Shown: one piece after another, positions 30,290-38,876 of the stretch
How the letters are laid out: the number at the start of each line of letters is the position of its first letter
How positions within the stretch are numbered: the first letter of the stretch is position 1
Virus record (IMG/VR): IMGVR_UViG_3300042564_001295
Span: 1 to 57,576 of that record
DNA from: a virus
Taxonomy: Duplodnaviria; Caudoviricetes
Length of the DNA stretch: 57,576 bases
Reading direction: 5' to 3' (one strand)
Position numbers and translations under genes: made by a program
The notes under the pieces: model-generated
Seen by the model: the letters and a program-made list of their open reading frames with translations, nothing else
The model's database searches: none
Told to the model about the DNA's origin: nothing

Positions 30290-30456
30290 CAGTGTACCGC
30301 TTCCTTAGCATCACATTCGCACTCGACCACCCAGTTGTTAAACTGAGTAAACTTGTTTACTTCTACGCCAAGGCCAACTGCTTCATTTACAAAGTGTTGC
30401 AACAGTGCATTATACAGTGCATCGGGCATTGTGTTTTTATCAAATTTAATTTTCAT
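30289..30456 (-). CDS. Small hypothetical protein (55 aa, not in ORF track)
   Basis: Own translation MKIKFDKNTMPDALYNALLQHF...; 1-nt stop/start overlaps on both sides. Confidence 0.55.
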   Translation of the reverse strand: MKIKFDKNTMPDALYNALLQHFVNEAVGLGVEVNKFTQFNNWVVECECDAKEAVH

Positions 30457-30647
30457 TACCAATTCTCAATTCCAGAAATTTCAATTGTAAATTTACCTTC
30501 ATAGCCGTTTATCTCTGTGAAGACCATTAGTGTAGTTATGGATCCAATTCCAGAATCACTGTCTTGCTTTAATTCAAAACATCCTGCTTCCGGAAACTTT
30601 TCCATAACTTCCAAAATTTTCAATACTTCTTCTTTGCTCAAATGCAT
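30456..30647 (-). CDS. Hypothetical protein
   Basis: 63 aa, coupled to neighbours. Confidence 0.6.
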   Translation of the reverse strand: MHLSKEEVLKILEVMEKFPEAGCFELKQDSDSGIGSITTLMVFTEINGYEGKFTIEISGIENW

Positions 30648-31123
30648 TAGATATCTCCATCTTGTCGCATAAACTCGTCACCTGCTAGTGGCACTGGCTT
30701 TTCATCTGCATCGTATGTCCAACCCAATGCTTTCATCATACGATGCTTGACCAGCAAGTTAGGAGCACGAAATCTTTCTGTGTCATCAAATCCCATTGCC
30801 ACACCAACTTCACAAACTGCACCACTACGGCATATGCCTGCAAAACAGTGTACTACAACATTCATATGATTGTCAAGAGCATGTTGCAACAAACGGACAA
30901 GTTCAGCGGCTTGCTCGTGACTACAACGCATAGCTTCATCAAGTGCAAAGTCCTTTTCTTCAATATCCAAGAACTCAAAGTCATGACGTTCTTTGAATTC
31001 GTGTTTTGCAGTTGGCCTCCAACTTGCTGGATCAGTAATGCTGATCAACATGCTATTCTCTCCAGCCGCATGGTGAAATCCAATAGGAATATCAGCGGCT
31101 GCTACATTTTCAATCCACGGCAT
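30647..31123 (-). CDS. Cys-dependent (CX5R) phosphatase
   Basis: VHCFAGICRS. Confidence 0.85.
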   Translation of the reverse strand: MPWIENVAAADIPIGFHHAAGENSMLISITDPASWRPTAKHEFKERHDFEFLDIEEKDFALDEAMRCSHEQAAELVRLLQHALDNHMNVVVHCFAGICRSGAVCEVGVAMGFDDTERFRAPNLLVKHRMMKALGWTYDADEKPVPLAGDEFMRQDGDI

Positions 31124-31350
31124 TATGTTCTCTCCTTTTTAACACGACCAATTCGGCTTGCCTTGTTCCAAGTGTATGCAACACCATCCGGACATAGTCC
31201 ATCCTTAACAGCGTCAACACCAAAGATACCGCATACTTCAAAATCTTTTCCAACGATCCTAACAAATTCGTTCATGCTCTTAGCAACATTCATTGCTTCG
31301 GCAAGTGTAAGAACTCGGAATGTTTCTTCTTTTCCTATTACTTTATACAT
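31123..31350 (-). CDS. Hypothetical phage protein
   Basis: 75 aa, coupled to downstream gene. Confidence 0.6.
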   Translation of the reverse strand: MYKVIGKEETFRVLTLAEAMNVAKSMNEFVRIVGKDFEVCGIFGVDAVKDGLCPDGVAYTWNKASRIGRVKKERT

Positions 31351-31895
31351 TCTTTCTTTCTTTTTCTATACGTCTCATTATTACAATAAGGCCAAATCAC
31401 CGGAATTATGGCCTCTTCAATCGAACTAATTTGTTCTGCGGACATGTGATCCAAATTCCAAACCAGCACAGTTAATGTATCTACATCAACTTTGTGTTTA
31501 ACTGGGAAGTCCAGCACACCAGGTGCTACACGTTTCTTTCCAATTTTAACATAATGACTTGGAATTTCTTCCACGTCTTCGATGATGTATTTGCATACAC
31601 CTTCTTTCCATCCTTCTGGGAACTGCCATTTGGGTTCCACTTTTTCAACTGGTGTACTGTACAAGCAAGCCAAGTTCACATCTAATTTTGGACGATGTGT
31701 TTGGTGACGATTAATAACAGTATTTGTTGCAGCCTTACCAAAGTAAAAATTTACCTCTGGATAAATGTAATACAAGCCACGATGATTACCTACCTCTTGG
31801 CGATTAATTGCACCTTCTGTAGTTTGATAAGGCTCAACCCAATCAAAACCCAGTTGCTCAAAAACTTCTCGAATAGCTTGTACGTGTTGTTTCAT
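31338..31895 (-). CDS. Putative GIY-YIG-like nuclease
   Basis: GLYYI..FYFGKA..R..H ... E...N. Confidence 0.5.
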   Translation of the reverse strand: MKQHVQAIREVFEQLGFDWVEPYQTTEGAINRQEVGNHRGLYYIYPEVNFYFGKAATNTVINRHQTHRPKLDVNLACLYSTPVEKVEPKWQFPEGWKEGVCKYIIEDVEEIPSHYVKIGKKRVAPGVLDFPVKHKVDVDTLTVLVWNLDHMSAEQISSIEEAIIPVIWPYCNNETYRKRKKECIK

Positions 31896-31985
31896 ATGTT
31901 AATTATACTGCCTTTTGACTATGATGTCAATAGACAAATGTGTTGTATTTTAACAACAATAATTTTGATTAATAAATAATCAACC

Positions 31986-32705
31986 ATGACATACTTTCAC
32001 CCACACGTTCCTCCAAGTTGGCGTACTCTTCCTATATTCGAACATCATACTAATTCTATATTGTTGTTTCTCGGCGATCTCTGGCCTCGCTCTAAGGATA
32101 CTGCTAAAGATGAAAAGTATCATGATCCTAAAATAAGTTATCAGTTTAATTCTCTCGGTTATAGAGACGCAGAATACAAAGATCGATATGACACTGTGAT
32201 ATTATCATTTGGTATGAGTTCCACCATGGGTCTTGCAATCCAGCTGGAACAAACTTATTCAAAATTAATAGAACAACATACTGGAATCTCAGTATTAAAT
32301 TTTGGAATTCCTGGTGCCTCAGCTGACACTATAGCAAGAATGGTAAGCTGTACTGTTCCTTATTTCAAGGAAAGAGCAAACACTGTAATGGTGTTGGTTG
32401 GTTGGCCTTATGTTTCAAGACGTGAAGTGTTTCTAGACAATTATAAACAGTCAGTAAACACAAACGGCACGCCGCCGTTTCCAGAATTTTGGATGTTATT
32501 AGACAACACTTCTAATTCTCATAACGCAGAACTGAATGCTCATTTTGTAGATCAAATATGTAAAGCAAATGCCGTTAGACTTATTAGTATTCCAATAAGC
32601 ATTTATCCGGATGGGATAGAAAGTGGTGATAAAGGCAGAGACGGAGTAAACCCTGGCCCGGAATGGAATAAGAGAGTTGCCGAGTGGGTGCTTGCTACCT
32701 TATGA
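31986..32705 (+). CDS. SGNH-like protein
   Basis: NSLGYRD, GMSSTMG, NFGIPGAS; paralog of 25197..25904. Confidence 0.6.
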   Translation: MTYFHPHVPPSWRTLPIFEHHTNSILLFLGDLWPRSKDTAKDEKYHDPKISYQFNSLGYRDAEYKDRYDTVILSFGMSSTMGLAIQLEQTYSKLIEQHTGISVLNFGIPGASADTIARMVSCTVPYFKERANTVMVLVGWPYVSRREVFLDNYKQSVNTNGTPPFPEFWMLLDNTSNSHNAELNAHFVDQICKANAVRLISIPISIYPDGIESGDKGRDGVNPGPEWNKRVAEWVLATL

Positions 32706-32724
32706 TAACGATAGCTTCAAAAAA

Positions 32725-32744
32725 ATAGCACCCGAAGGTGCTAT
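32725..32744 (-). terminator. Intrinsic terminator with cUUCGg loop
   Basis: ATAGCAC-CTTCGG-GTGCTAT-TTTTTT downstream of the DUF2828 gene. Confidence 0.85.
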
Positions 32745-32760
32745 CCAAAAACATTGTTTT

Positions 32761-34173
32761 TTACAAAGCGTAACGATCACTCATTACAGTCTTAAGCATG
32801 ATGCCTTCTGGAGTGAACTGATCCAAATCAGCGGCTAGCAAGCTAGTCATTATACTTGGGCTAAATCCACTTACCAATGCGGCACCACTCTTGTCAGCCT
32901 TAACAGGCACGTTGTCTGAACTGTTTAGGTTCCAGAAAACAATCTGTGGCACAGTGTAACCTGCATCTGTGAACTTGCGTTCGATCATTTGCATTGATGT
33001 GTCGTCGTAACGAGCACATTGGTTAAACTGCATGTCTGACAAGATTAGCAACATGGCTGGCATGTCGCCTGCTGGTACTGAACCCTTAACTGCAACGCTC
33101 AAGATCTTGTCCATAGCGGCATGCAAATTAGTGCTCATTTCCCAATCACTCTTGCTCATTTGAGCAACCTTGTCAACAATGTTACCCTTTAGAGTAACAA
33201 GTTGTGGCTTGTCTGAGAAAGTCAAGAAAGTGTCCTTGAACACGCCCTTGTTCTTATCTGCTAGGTACAAGCCCAAGCTAATTGAAACATCCATGCAAGT
33301 CACATTAGTGTTCTTGCCTGCTGGGCAGGACATAGAACCGCTAACGTCTACAATTGGCATGATGCTTGCATCTCCAACGTAGTTTGGCAAAGCATTCCAC
33401 TGTGCCACAATGTGGTCAGTTTCTGTCTTATCCAACTTAGCACGGTAGCTACCGATGACTCCCTTTAACACGTCATGTGGGAAGATTGCGCTGGCGTTAA
33501 CCTTAACAGTCTTATCACCACTTACCAACTTGGCAACATACTCTGCAAATGCAGGAGTGTGACGGCCGAATGCCTTCTTGTAGTTGCGAGCAGCCACAGA
33601 AGGAACGTGACTGAAATTGATGTTATCCCAATCTCCTGCACACATTTGGGTTTCAACAACTGTGGTCATTGTTACCAATGACTTGCGGTACTGCTTCGGA
33701 GTCATTCCGAAGAATGCTCGTACTTCAGCCGCAATCTTACCCTTACGAGGAGTCCACTTTGCAGCCAATCCGTTTTGCGCACGAAGGGCATCGCCCAACA
33801 TGGTATAAGCGGCTGACTTCAGAACTGGGTTTGAGAAGACAAAGATGTCATCCCAACGACCTACTTCTGGAATCTTCTTTAGAAGAGCCAAAGCGGCGTC
33901 TGGGTCACGCTTTTCTAGATGTACTAGAATATCTCGGAACAATTGACGTTCACCAGCACCGCCACGGACATCACGTGCCCATTGTGCAATGCGTAGTGCT
34001 ACGTCAGAGTTTTCTACATAAGCGGCTGTGAAGTCGCCTGTGATGTTCTTACCACGGCTTGCGCCGATCTTGTAGAACAAGTCAACACAAGCCGAAGCTG
34101 TTGACTTACGTGCCTTCATACCATTTTCGGTACGGGCTTCTTGATTTGCTACTGCTGTTACAAATGCGTTCAT
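32761..34173 (-). CDS. DUF2828-family helical + vWA protein (Ro60/TROVE-like architecture)
   Basis: TENG..STASACVDLF, RDVRGGAGER, GRWDD, AAKWTPR; vWA MIDAS DVSGSM, ILSDMQF, FWNL. Confidence 0.85.
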   Translation of the reverse strand: MNAFVTAVANQEARTENGMKARKSTASACVDLFYKIGASRGKNITGDFTAAYVENSDVALRIAQWARDVRGGAGERQLFRDILVHLEKRDPDAALALLKKIPEVGRWDDIFVFSNPVLKSAAYTMLGDALRAQNGLAAKWTPRKGKIAAEVRAFFGMTPKQYRKSLVTMTTVVETQMCAGDWDNINFSHVPSVAARNYKKAFGRHTPAFAEYVAKLVSGDKTVKVNASAIFPHDVLKGVIGSYRAKLDKTETDHIVAQWNALPNYVGDASIMPIVDVSGSMSCPAGKNTNVTCMDVSISLGLYLADKNKGVFKDTFLTFSDKPQLVTLKGNIVDKVAQMSKSDWEMSTNLHAAMDKILSVAVKGSVPAGDMPAMLLILSDMQFNQCARYDDTSMQMIERKFTDAGYTVPQIVFWNLNSSDNVPVKADKSGAALVSGFSPSIMTSLLAADLDQFTPEGIMLKTVMSDRYAL

Positions 34174-34188
34174 TTTCTTTTTACCTTT

Positions 34189-34244
34189 ACAGAATGTATT
34201 TTATTTTCGATTATAGTGAAATTTAAAGTTGCTGTTAACATTCT
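34189..34244 (-). ncRNA. ACAGCAA-box RNA 1 (short)
   Basis: AGAATGT-TA-ACAGCAA...ACATTCT-GT. Confidence 0.65.
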
Positions 34245-34253
34245 AAAACTTTA

Positions 34254-34483
34254 ACAGGATGATCGTGCCAATTTGTTTAGTATTCTGGTCTGACCAATTA
34301 CGGCACTCAGACCCTATCAACATTCATGTTGCCTATTACATGTTTTTCTGTATGTAAATCATATCCGGGCTTTGCCGGCCTATCTATTCCTTGAGCGTCT
34401 ATTTCTAGAAAGCATTTCTGCCTGTTCTTCAACCACTTTCAATAGCAGTTACGTTAGTAGTTTTTAAATTGCTGTAGTCATCC
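34254..34483 (-). ncRNA. ACAGCAA-box RNA 2 (multi-hairpin, probable pseudoknot)
   Basis: GGATGA-CT-ACAGCAA...TCATCC-TGT. Confidence 0.65.
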
Positions 34484-34490
34484 AAATATA

Positions 34491-34647
34491 ACAGGATCGT
34501 TTTCTACTTTTTGTTTTTATCGAGGAGACTTATCGAAACTCCTCTATCTAATCCTACTATTGCTAATAACCTTCAAAGCCAATTAAGGCTCCAGCTATTA
34601 GCATAAGATTAGCAGTCCATGTAATATGAAGTTGCTGTACCGATCCT
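34491..34647 (-). ncRNA. ACAGCAA-box RNA 3 (long internal hairpins)
   Basis: AGGATCG-GT-ACAGCAA...CGATCCT-GT. Confidence 0.65.
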
Positions 34648-34682
34648 AAAACTTTCTTAACAATGTTACTTGCTATACGACT

Positions 34683-34711
34683 ATTATAGTACAAACAACA
34701 TGTGTTGTCTA
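34683..34711 (-). promoter_or_regulatory. Sigma70-type promoter for RNAs 3-2-1 and the DUF2828 gene
   Basis: TAGACA-17nt-TATAAT. Confidence 0.7.
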
Positions 34712-34725
34712 TACATTTTGGTGAA

Positions 34726-34857
34726 ACAGGATACATTTTTAACGACTTTTGCTCTACCACTGAGCTACAACCGACTGCTTTTTAGGCTTGATCGGAAAGT
34801 GAGATTCGAACTCACGACCAAAAGTTTTTCCATGTTAAAAGTTGCTGTTAGTATCCT
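34726..34857 (-). ncRNA. ACAGCAA-box RNA 4: YrlA/Y-RNA-like circularly permuted tRNA mimic
   Basis: AGGATAC-TA-ACAGCAA...T arm, closed acceptor-like stem, D arm...GTATCCT-GT. Confidence 0.75.
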
Positions 34858-34917
34858 AATAAGGGCCACTGGTTAGTGACGATTCCACCATCTAGTTAGA
34901 ATGAACTAGCACATAGC

Positions 34918-34995
34918 TGGAGCAACGGGTGAGATTTGAACTCACGGTCTTCGGGATTTGCAATCCCGTGCATTGGGCCGCTCTGCCACCGTTGC
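34918..34995 (-). tRNA. tRNA-Cys(GCA)
   Basis: Cloverleaf, loop TTGCAAA, U73, CCA. Confidence 0.92.
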
Positions 34996-35003
34996 ATGTT
35001 ATT

Positions 35004-35606
35004 TTAATAATTAAACAACATTTTTCTTGCATCCTCAAAATATGTATGAGGTTTTAATTCTGGAATAATACGTAGTGTTAGTACTACTCGTTCGTTATTT
35101 GAGCCAGTGTTATCCCAATCATGGAATATCTCTGTATTAAATAATATACACTCGCCTTGTTTTGCTATCATACTTTTTAATGGTGTATGATTTTCTTTTA
35201 CGAAACCATCGCATTCTCTGGATGTATTGGTGCGTAGGTTATCTATTGCATACTCTTTTAGATCTTCATCACTATACCAATTAGTAATACACTTATCATC
35301 TAATACTCTACTAACGTAGTTGATACTGAATTTGTTGTTCATTCCGTCTTTATGTGCTCTGTAATATAATCCAGGTTTGCTAATAAACAATGATATTCTA
35401 TTTTTTATCAATTTTATTCTATCTGCCATAGGAATCAAAGACAACATGTGTTGTGCTTGATGCTTTAGTAGAATGTAATTTGTAAATTTATTTAAATTTG
35501 CAATCTCAGGAGTACATTTGTTGCAATAGTCAATTATATCATCGATACCATCGTGGGTAAATCTAATATAATACGGACTACAATCTTCAATAATAGTGTA
35601 TTTCAT
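35004..35606 (-). CDS. 2OG-Fe(II) oxygenase-like protein
   Basis: AHKD...FHDWDN...RVVLTLR. Confidence 0.7.
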   Translation of the reverse strand: MKYTIIEDCSPYYIRFTHDGIDDIIDYCNKCTPEIANLNKFTNYILLKHQAQHMLSLIPMADRIKLIKNRISLFISKPGLYYRAHKDGMNNKFSINYVSRVLDDKCITNWYSDEDLKEYAIDNLRTNTSRECDGFVKENHTPLKSMIAKQGECILFNTEIFHDWDNTGSNNERVVLTLRIIPELKPHTYFEDARKMLFNY

Positions 35607-35615
35607 ACTATAAAA

Positions 35616-35690
35616 TGGTAGGACGTGACGGGATCGAACCGCCGACAGCCACCGTGTAAGGATGGAGTTCTACCTCTGAACTAACGTCCC
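35616..35690 (-). tRNA. tRNA-Val(TAC)
   Basis: Cloverleaf, loop CTTACAC, CCA. Confidence 0.92.
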
Positions 35691-35699
35691 ATATTCTCA

Positions 35700-35930
35700 T
35701 CAAACTCGTTTCAAATATTCTGCACCAACTTTGCCACTTTGGATTTCCAGCAGTGCAGTTAGATTAGAATACACATGTTCACGCTTGTCGCTTTCACGAT
35801 GTTGGCGTTTGATCTCACGTGCTCTTGCTGCCGCAATCAGCACGAGATTAAATCTGTTGCCGCCTGATAGGTCAACACATTGATTGGTGTCAATTTCAGT
35901 GCCGCGACTAAGTCCGATTAGTTTACTCAT
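35700..35930 (-). CDS. rpoZ: RNA polymerase omega subunit-like protein
   Basis: GNRFNLVLIAAARAREI...TALLEIQSGKV. Confidence 0.8.
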   Translation of the reverse strand: MSKLIGLSRGTEIDTNQCVDLSGGNRFNLVLIAAARAREIKRQHRESDKREHVYSNLTALLEIQSGKVGAEYLKRV

Positions 35931-35950
35931 ATATGCCTCATTAAAATGTT

Positions 35951-35979
35951 ATTATACTGTGTTTGGGTTGTGATGTCAA
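35951..35979 (-). promoter_or_regulatory. Consensus sigma70 promoter
   Basis: TTGACA-17nt-TATAAT. Confidence 0.85.
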
Positions 35980-35986
35980 TGCTTTT

Positions 35987-36061
35987 TGGCCTCGCCACCC
36001 GGAATCGAACCAGGATCAAAGGTTTAGGAAACCCTTATTCTATCCATTGAACTACAGCGAG
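35987..36061 (-). tRNA. tRNA-Arg(CCT)
   Basis: Cloverleaf, loop TTCCTAA, CCA. Confidence 0.9.
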
Positions 36062-37138
36062 TTAGCCAATAATTTTTAAAACCTCTGCAAAAGTATCCTT
36101 GTAGGATATGTTTCGTTTTTGATCCAGCATTTCCATATTTTCAACCAGTTTTTGAAACTTGCCCGGAACTTCAGGATGAGATTTTAACAAACGAGTTATG
36201 ATATGGTCGGTTCCAAACTTGTCTTCTATATGCTGTCTTAGCTTTAATGGAGTAGCATCTATGCCCCAAACACCAAAGCATGGACTAACTTGCAATCCAG
36301 AAAACTCATTGCTTCTACTGGGCCATGATCTTTTTGAATGCCAGGTTTCTAATTCTTTAAAATAAAAGATATTCATAGGATTAGCTGTAAACTGTATGTA
36401 AAAGCCCAGCTTGTCTTTTAATATATTATCATAGTGTAGCATGTTATGCTCTACTTTTTTCCAACTCAGCGGCCAACGTATGTAATCAAACTGCTGATTC
36501 ATTCCATCTATGCTGAATGCAAGATCAACCTGTTTAAATGTTGACCATAATTCTATCAATTCAGAATCTGGCAAAATACTACCGTTTGTGTTATAGAATA
36601 CTTCTACATTTGACGGAGTAGTTACACGTTTCAAAAAATCTACATTGTGTTCACTTAGTAATGGTTCTCCACCCACAAAGTCCAAACGGGTGAGTTTATC
36701 AAAGTTGGTAAAAGATATTAATTTTTGATATTGTAGTGAATAATTTTTTAATTTAGCATTGGGGTTATTTTGTTTCTGCCAAAGACTGCTAGAATGCGGC
36801 CCACAGATTGTACATGCCGCATTACATGTTAAATCGATCTGTACCGCAATGTGATACATATCACCGTCCACTGCATCTTCTGGTATAGAAGTTTTGGCAA
36901 CTTGTCTATGACTGACTCCATATTGGTTTTGCTCGCGTCCAAGGCATTCATGGCAGTTTTTTTCAGTATCGGCAAGTACATTTTTTGTAAACTGTCGTCT
37001 AACTGAAGTTAGTTGTATTTTATGTTCTATAGGCGTGCTACTTGGAAGAATCCAACAGCATGGTTGATACACAATGTTGCCATCTTTTTCAAGAAACCGA
37101 AAAGAGTTACTTAGTTTTCTACAAAATTCGTTGGCCAT
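36062..37138 (-). CDS. Radical SAM protein inserted in the tRNA array
   Basis: CNAACTIC, VGGEP, NTNGS; start moved to MANEF to avoid overlap with tRNA. Confidence 0.9.
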   Translation of the reverse strand: MANEFCRKLSNSFRFLEKDGNIVYQPCCWILPSSTPIEHKIQLTSVRRQFTKNVLADTEKNCHECLGREQNQYGVSHRQVAKTSIPEDAVDGDMYHIAVQIDLTCNAACTICGPHSSSLWQKQNNPNAKLKNYSLQYQKLISFTNFDKLTRLDFVGGEPLLSEHNVDFLKRVTTPSNVEVFYNTNGSILPDSELIELWSTFKQVDLAFSIDGMNQQFDYIRWPLSWKKVEHNMLHYDNILKDKLGFYIQFTANPMNIFYFKELETWHSKRSWPSRSNEFSGLQVSPCFGVWGIDATPLKLRQHIEDKFGTDHIITRLLKSHPEVPGKFQKLVENMEMLDQKRNISYKDTFAEVLKIIG

Positions 37139-37153
37139 TTTTGTTTTCCTATT

Positions 37154-37229
37154 TGGTTGCAGAGGATGGATTCGAACCACCGACCTCTAGGTTATGAGCC
37201 TAGCCAGATACCACTTCTAACACTCTGCG
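37154..37229 (-). tRNA. tRNA-fMet(CAT), initiator-like
   Basis: C1:A72 mismatch, loop CTCATAA; only two G-C pairs at bottom of anticodon stem. Confidence 0.85.
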
Positions 37230-37235
37230 TCAACT

Positions 37236-37309
37236 TGGTGGAGGTTAAGAGAATCGAACTCTTACGAAGACCTTGCAAAGGTCCCAGGCTACCATTACAT
37301 CAAACCCCC
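37236..37309 (-). tRNA. tRNA-Ala(TGC)
   Basis: G3:U70, loop TTTGCAA, CCA. Confidence 0.9.
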
Positions 37310-37314
37310 GAATA

Positions 37315-37391
37315 TGGTCGGAGTACAAGGATTCGAACCTTGGACCCCCTGGTCCCAAACCAGGTGCGCTACCAGACTGCGCTACACTCCG
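37315..37391 (-). tRNA. tRNA-Pro(TGG)
   Basis: Canonical cloverleaf, CCA. Confidence 0.95.
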
Positions 37392-37401
37392 AAAAATTGT
37401 G

Positions 37402-37475
37402 TGGAGCGGGATGGGAGAATCGAACTCCCGACATTAGATTGGAAATCTAAGGTAATGCCATTTTACGAATCCCGC
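37402..37475 (-). tRNA. tRNA-Gly(TCC)
   Basis: Loop TTTCCAA, U73, CCA. Confidence 0.92.
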
Positions 37476-37574
37476 ACACTTTATTAGAATACACTCATGC
37501 CTTTTTCGTCAGAGGATGGTGGCCAGTCCTTACTACCCAAACTATGTTCGAGCTGAATGTACTTTAATAAAGTG

Positions 37575-37776
37575 TCCGGCTACTCACACCACATGAGCCC
37601 CGGACTGAGCTGTTACTCTGTCCATAACATTTGTTCTTCTGGAAAGGTGCTAAACCTCACCCAATGCGTTCTAGTATCCCTTAACTCAGAGAACTAATGG
37701 TCATAGCATTGAATACCCGGCGCTCTCTATGGTGACTGCCCCACCCACTTTCTTAACGGAAAAAGTGTAATCCGGG
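37575..37776 (-). ncRNA. Candidate structured ncRNA (~200 nt)
   Basis: Closing helix CCGGATTAC/GTAGCCGG and several internal hairpins, no ORF. Confidence 0.5.
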
Positions 37777-37781
37777 TTTCT

Positions 37782-37855
37782 TGGTGCCCCAGTAAGGAAT
37801 CGAACCTTCTTCTAATGCTTACAAGGCAATTGTAATACCAATATACTACAAGGGC
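37782..37855 (-). tRNA. tRNA-Thr(TGT)
   Basis: Loop CTTGTAA, CCA. Confidence 0.88.
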
Positions 37856-37863
37856 AATATTTA

Positions 37864-38088
37864 TTATCCTGCTGTACTTGCTGTACCAGTGTCGTTGGTC
37901 ACATAACCAGTTGAGCCATTGCCACGTGGTGCATTTCTATCACGTGTAGGAGTTTTGATAACAACTTCACTGCATAGTTGTGCATCAATCATTGCACGTT
38001 TCCACTCATTACGCTTTACTGGATCTACAATAGATGCCAGCATGGTCTTTGTGGGCTTTCTTAATTTGAATGTCTTACCTGGTTTCAT
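37864..38088 (-). CDS. Small basic hypothetical protein
   Basis: 74 aa, AAAGG RBS. Confidence 0.6.
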   Translation of the reverse strand: MKPGKTFKLRKPTKTMLASIVDPVKRNEWKRAMIDAQLCSEVVIKTPTRDRNAPRGNGSTGYVTNDTGTASTAG

Positions 38089-38142
38089 ATTTTACCTTTG
38101 TTAAATTCTGGCGGAACGACTGAGTTCCTGATTTTCTTATTT

Positions 38143-38232
38143 TGGCGGAGAGACCGAGACTCGAACTCGGAAGCCGGATTACGCCGACCGATGGATTAGC
38201 AATCCACTCCAATACCATTATGGGACCTCTCC
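38143..38232 (-). tRNA. tRNA-Ser(GCT)
   Basis: Long variable arm, loop TTGCTAA, G73, CCA. Confidence 0.92.
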
Positions 38233-38592
38233 TAAATCTTTTACATCGTCTGGCTTAATGTGATGAACACCTTTACCGTTCATCTTATCTATCGGCATGT
38301 ACACAACTTTATCAATATTTGACAGATAGATAGCCCATCCATCTATAAGATTTCTGTCTATTGGTCTGCCTTTTCCATTTATAACAGTTGTTGCTGATAT
38401 CTCATAATAGTTTCTTTTTTCATATAAGGATCTGTACTTTACTTGCAATCTACGAACTTGTCCAGATTTGTCTAATGATATTAAATCAACTGGGCTATGA
38501 TCGTCAAACGGTGTAAAACAATGATATCCTTTACTATACAAATCTGCTATTACTTTAATTAAGCCTAAATTACCTTTTTCATTAACATTCAT
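38218..38592 (-). CDS. PD-(D/E)XK homing-endonuclease-like protein
   Basis: KGNLG..PVDLI..RLQVKY motif typical of intron/tRNA-associated PD-(D/E)XK nucleases; GGAG RBS. Confidence 0.8.
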   Translation of the reverse strand: MNVNEKGNLGLIKVIADLYSKGYHCFTPFDDHSPVDLISLDKSGQVRRLQVKYRSLYEKRNYYEISATTVINGKGRPIDRNLIDGWAIYLSNIDKVVYMPIDKMNGKGVHHIKPDDVKDLGEVP

Positions 38593-38647
38593 GACTAGCT
38601 CCTGCTTTGTTTATTTAGCAGATGAGCCATCTGTTATCCGTATAACT

Positions 38648-38734
38648 TGGTACGAGAGACGGGACTCGAACCCGTAAGCCCATTACAGGCGGCAGATTTT
38701 AAGTCTGCTGTGTATACCATTCCACCACTCTCGC
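38648..38734 (-). tRNA. tRNA-Leu(TAA)
   Basis: Long variable arm, loop CTTAAAA, CCA. Confidence 0.93.
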
Positions 38735-38754
38735 ATTATTTCTTGCTTGTGCTT

Positions 38755-38783
38755 ATTATACTGCAAGCGTCACAAAATGTCAA
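38755..38783 (-). promoter_or_regulatory. Consensus sigma70 promoter
   Basis: TTGACA-17nt-TATAAT. Confidence 0.85.
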
Positions 38784-38802
38784 CACTTATTTCGAATTAT
38801 TC

Positions 38803-38876
38803 TGGCGTACCCACTAGGACTCGAACCTAGACTGACGGTTTTGGAGACCGCGATGCTGCCATTACACTATGGATAC
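38803..38876 (-). tRNA. tRNA-Trp(CCA)
   Basis: Loop CTCCAAA, CCA. Confidence 0.92.

Noticed and set aside
34189-34857. ACAGG...TTGCTGT repeats as a CRISPR array
   Set aside because: Units vary from 56 to 230 nt, ends are inverted and covarying rather than identical direct repeats, and there are no cas genes in the window
37139-37180. N-terminal extension of the radical SAM ORF 36062..37180
   Set aside because: Lies inside the tRNA-fMet T arm; the RBS-preceded ATG at 37138 is the better start
38143-38592. Group I intron around the PD-(D/E)XK ORF
   Set aside because: Flanking tRNAs are uninterrupted, and no room or P/Q/R/S core is visible; treated as free-standing
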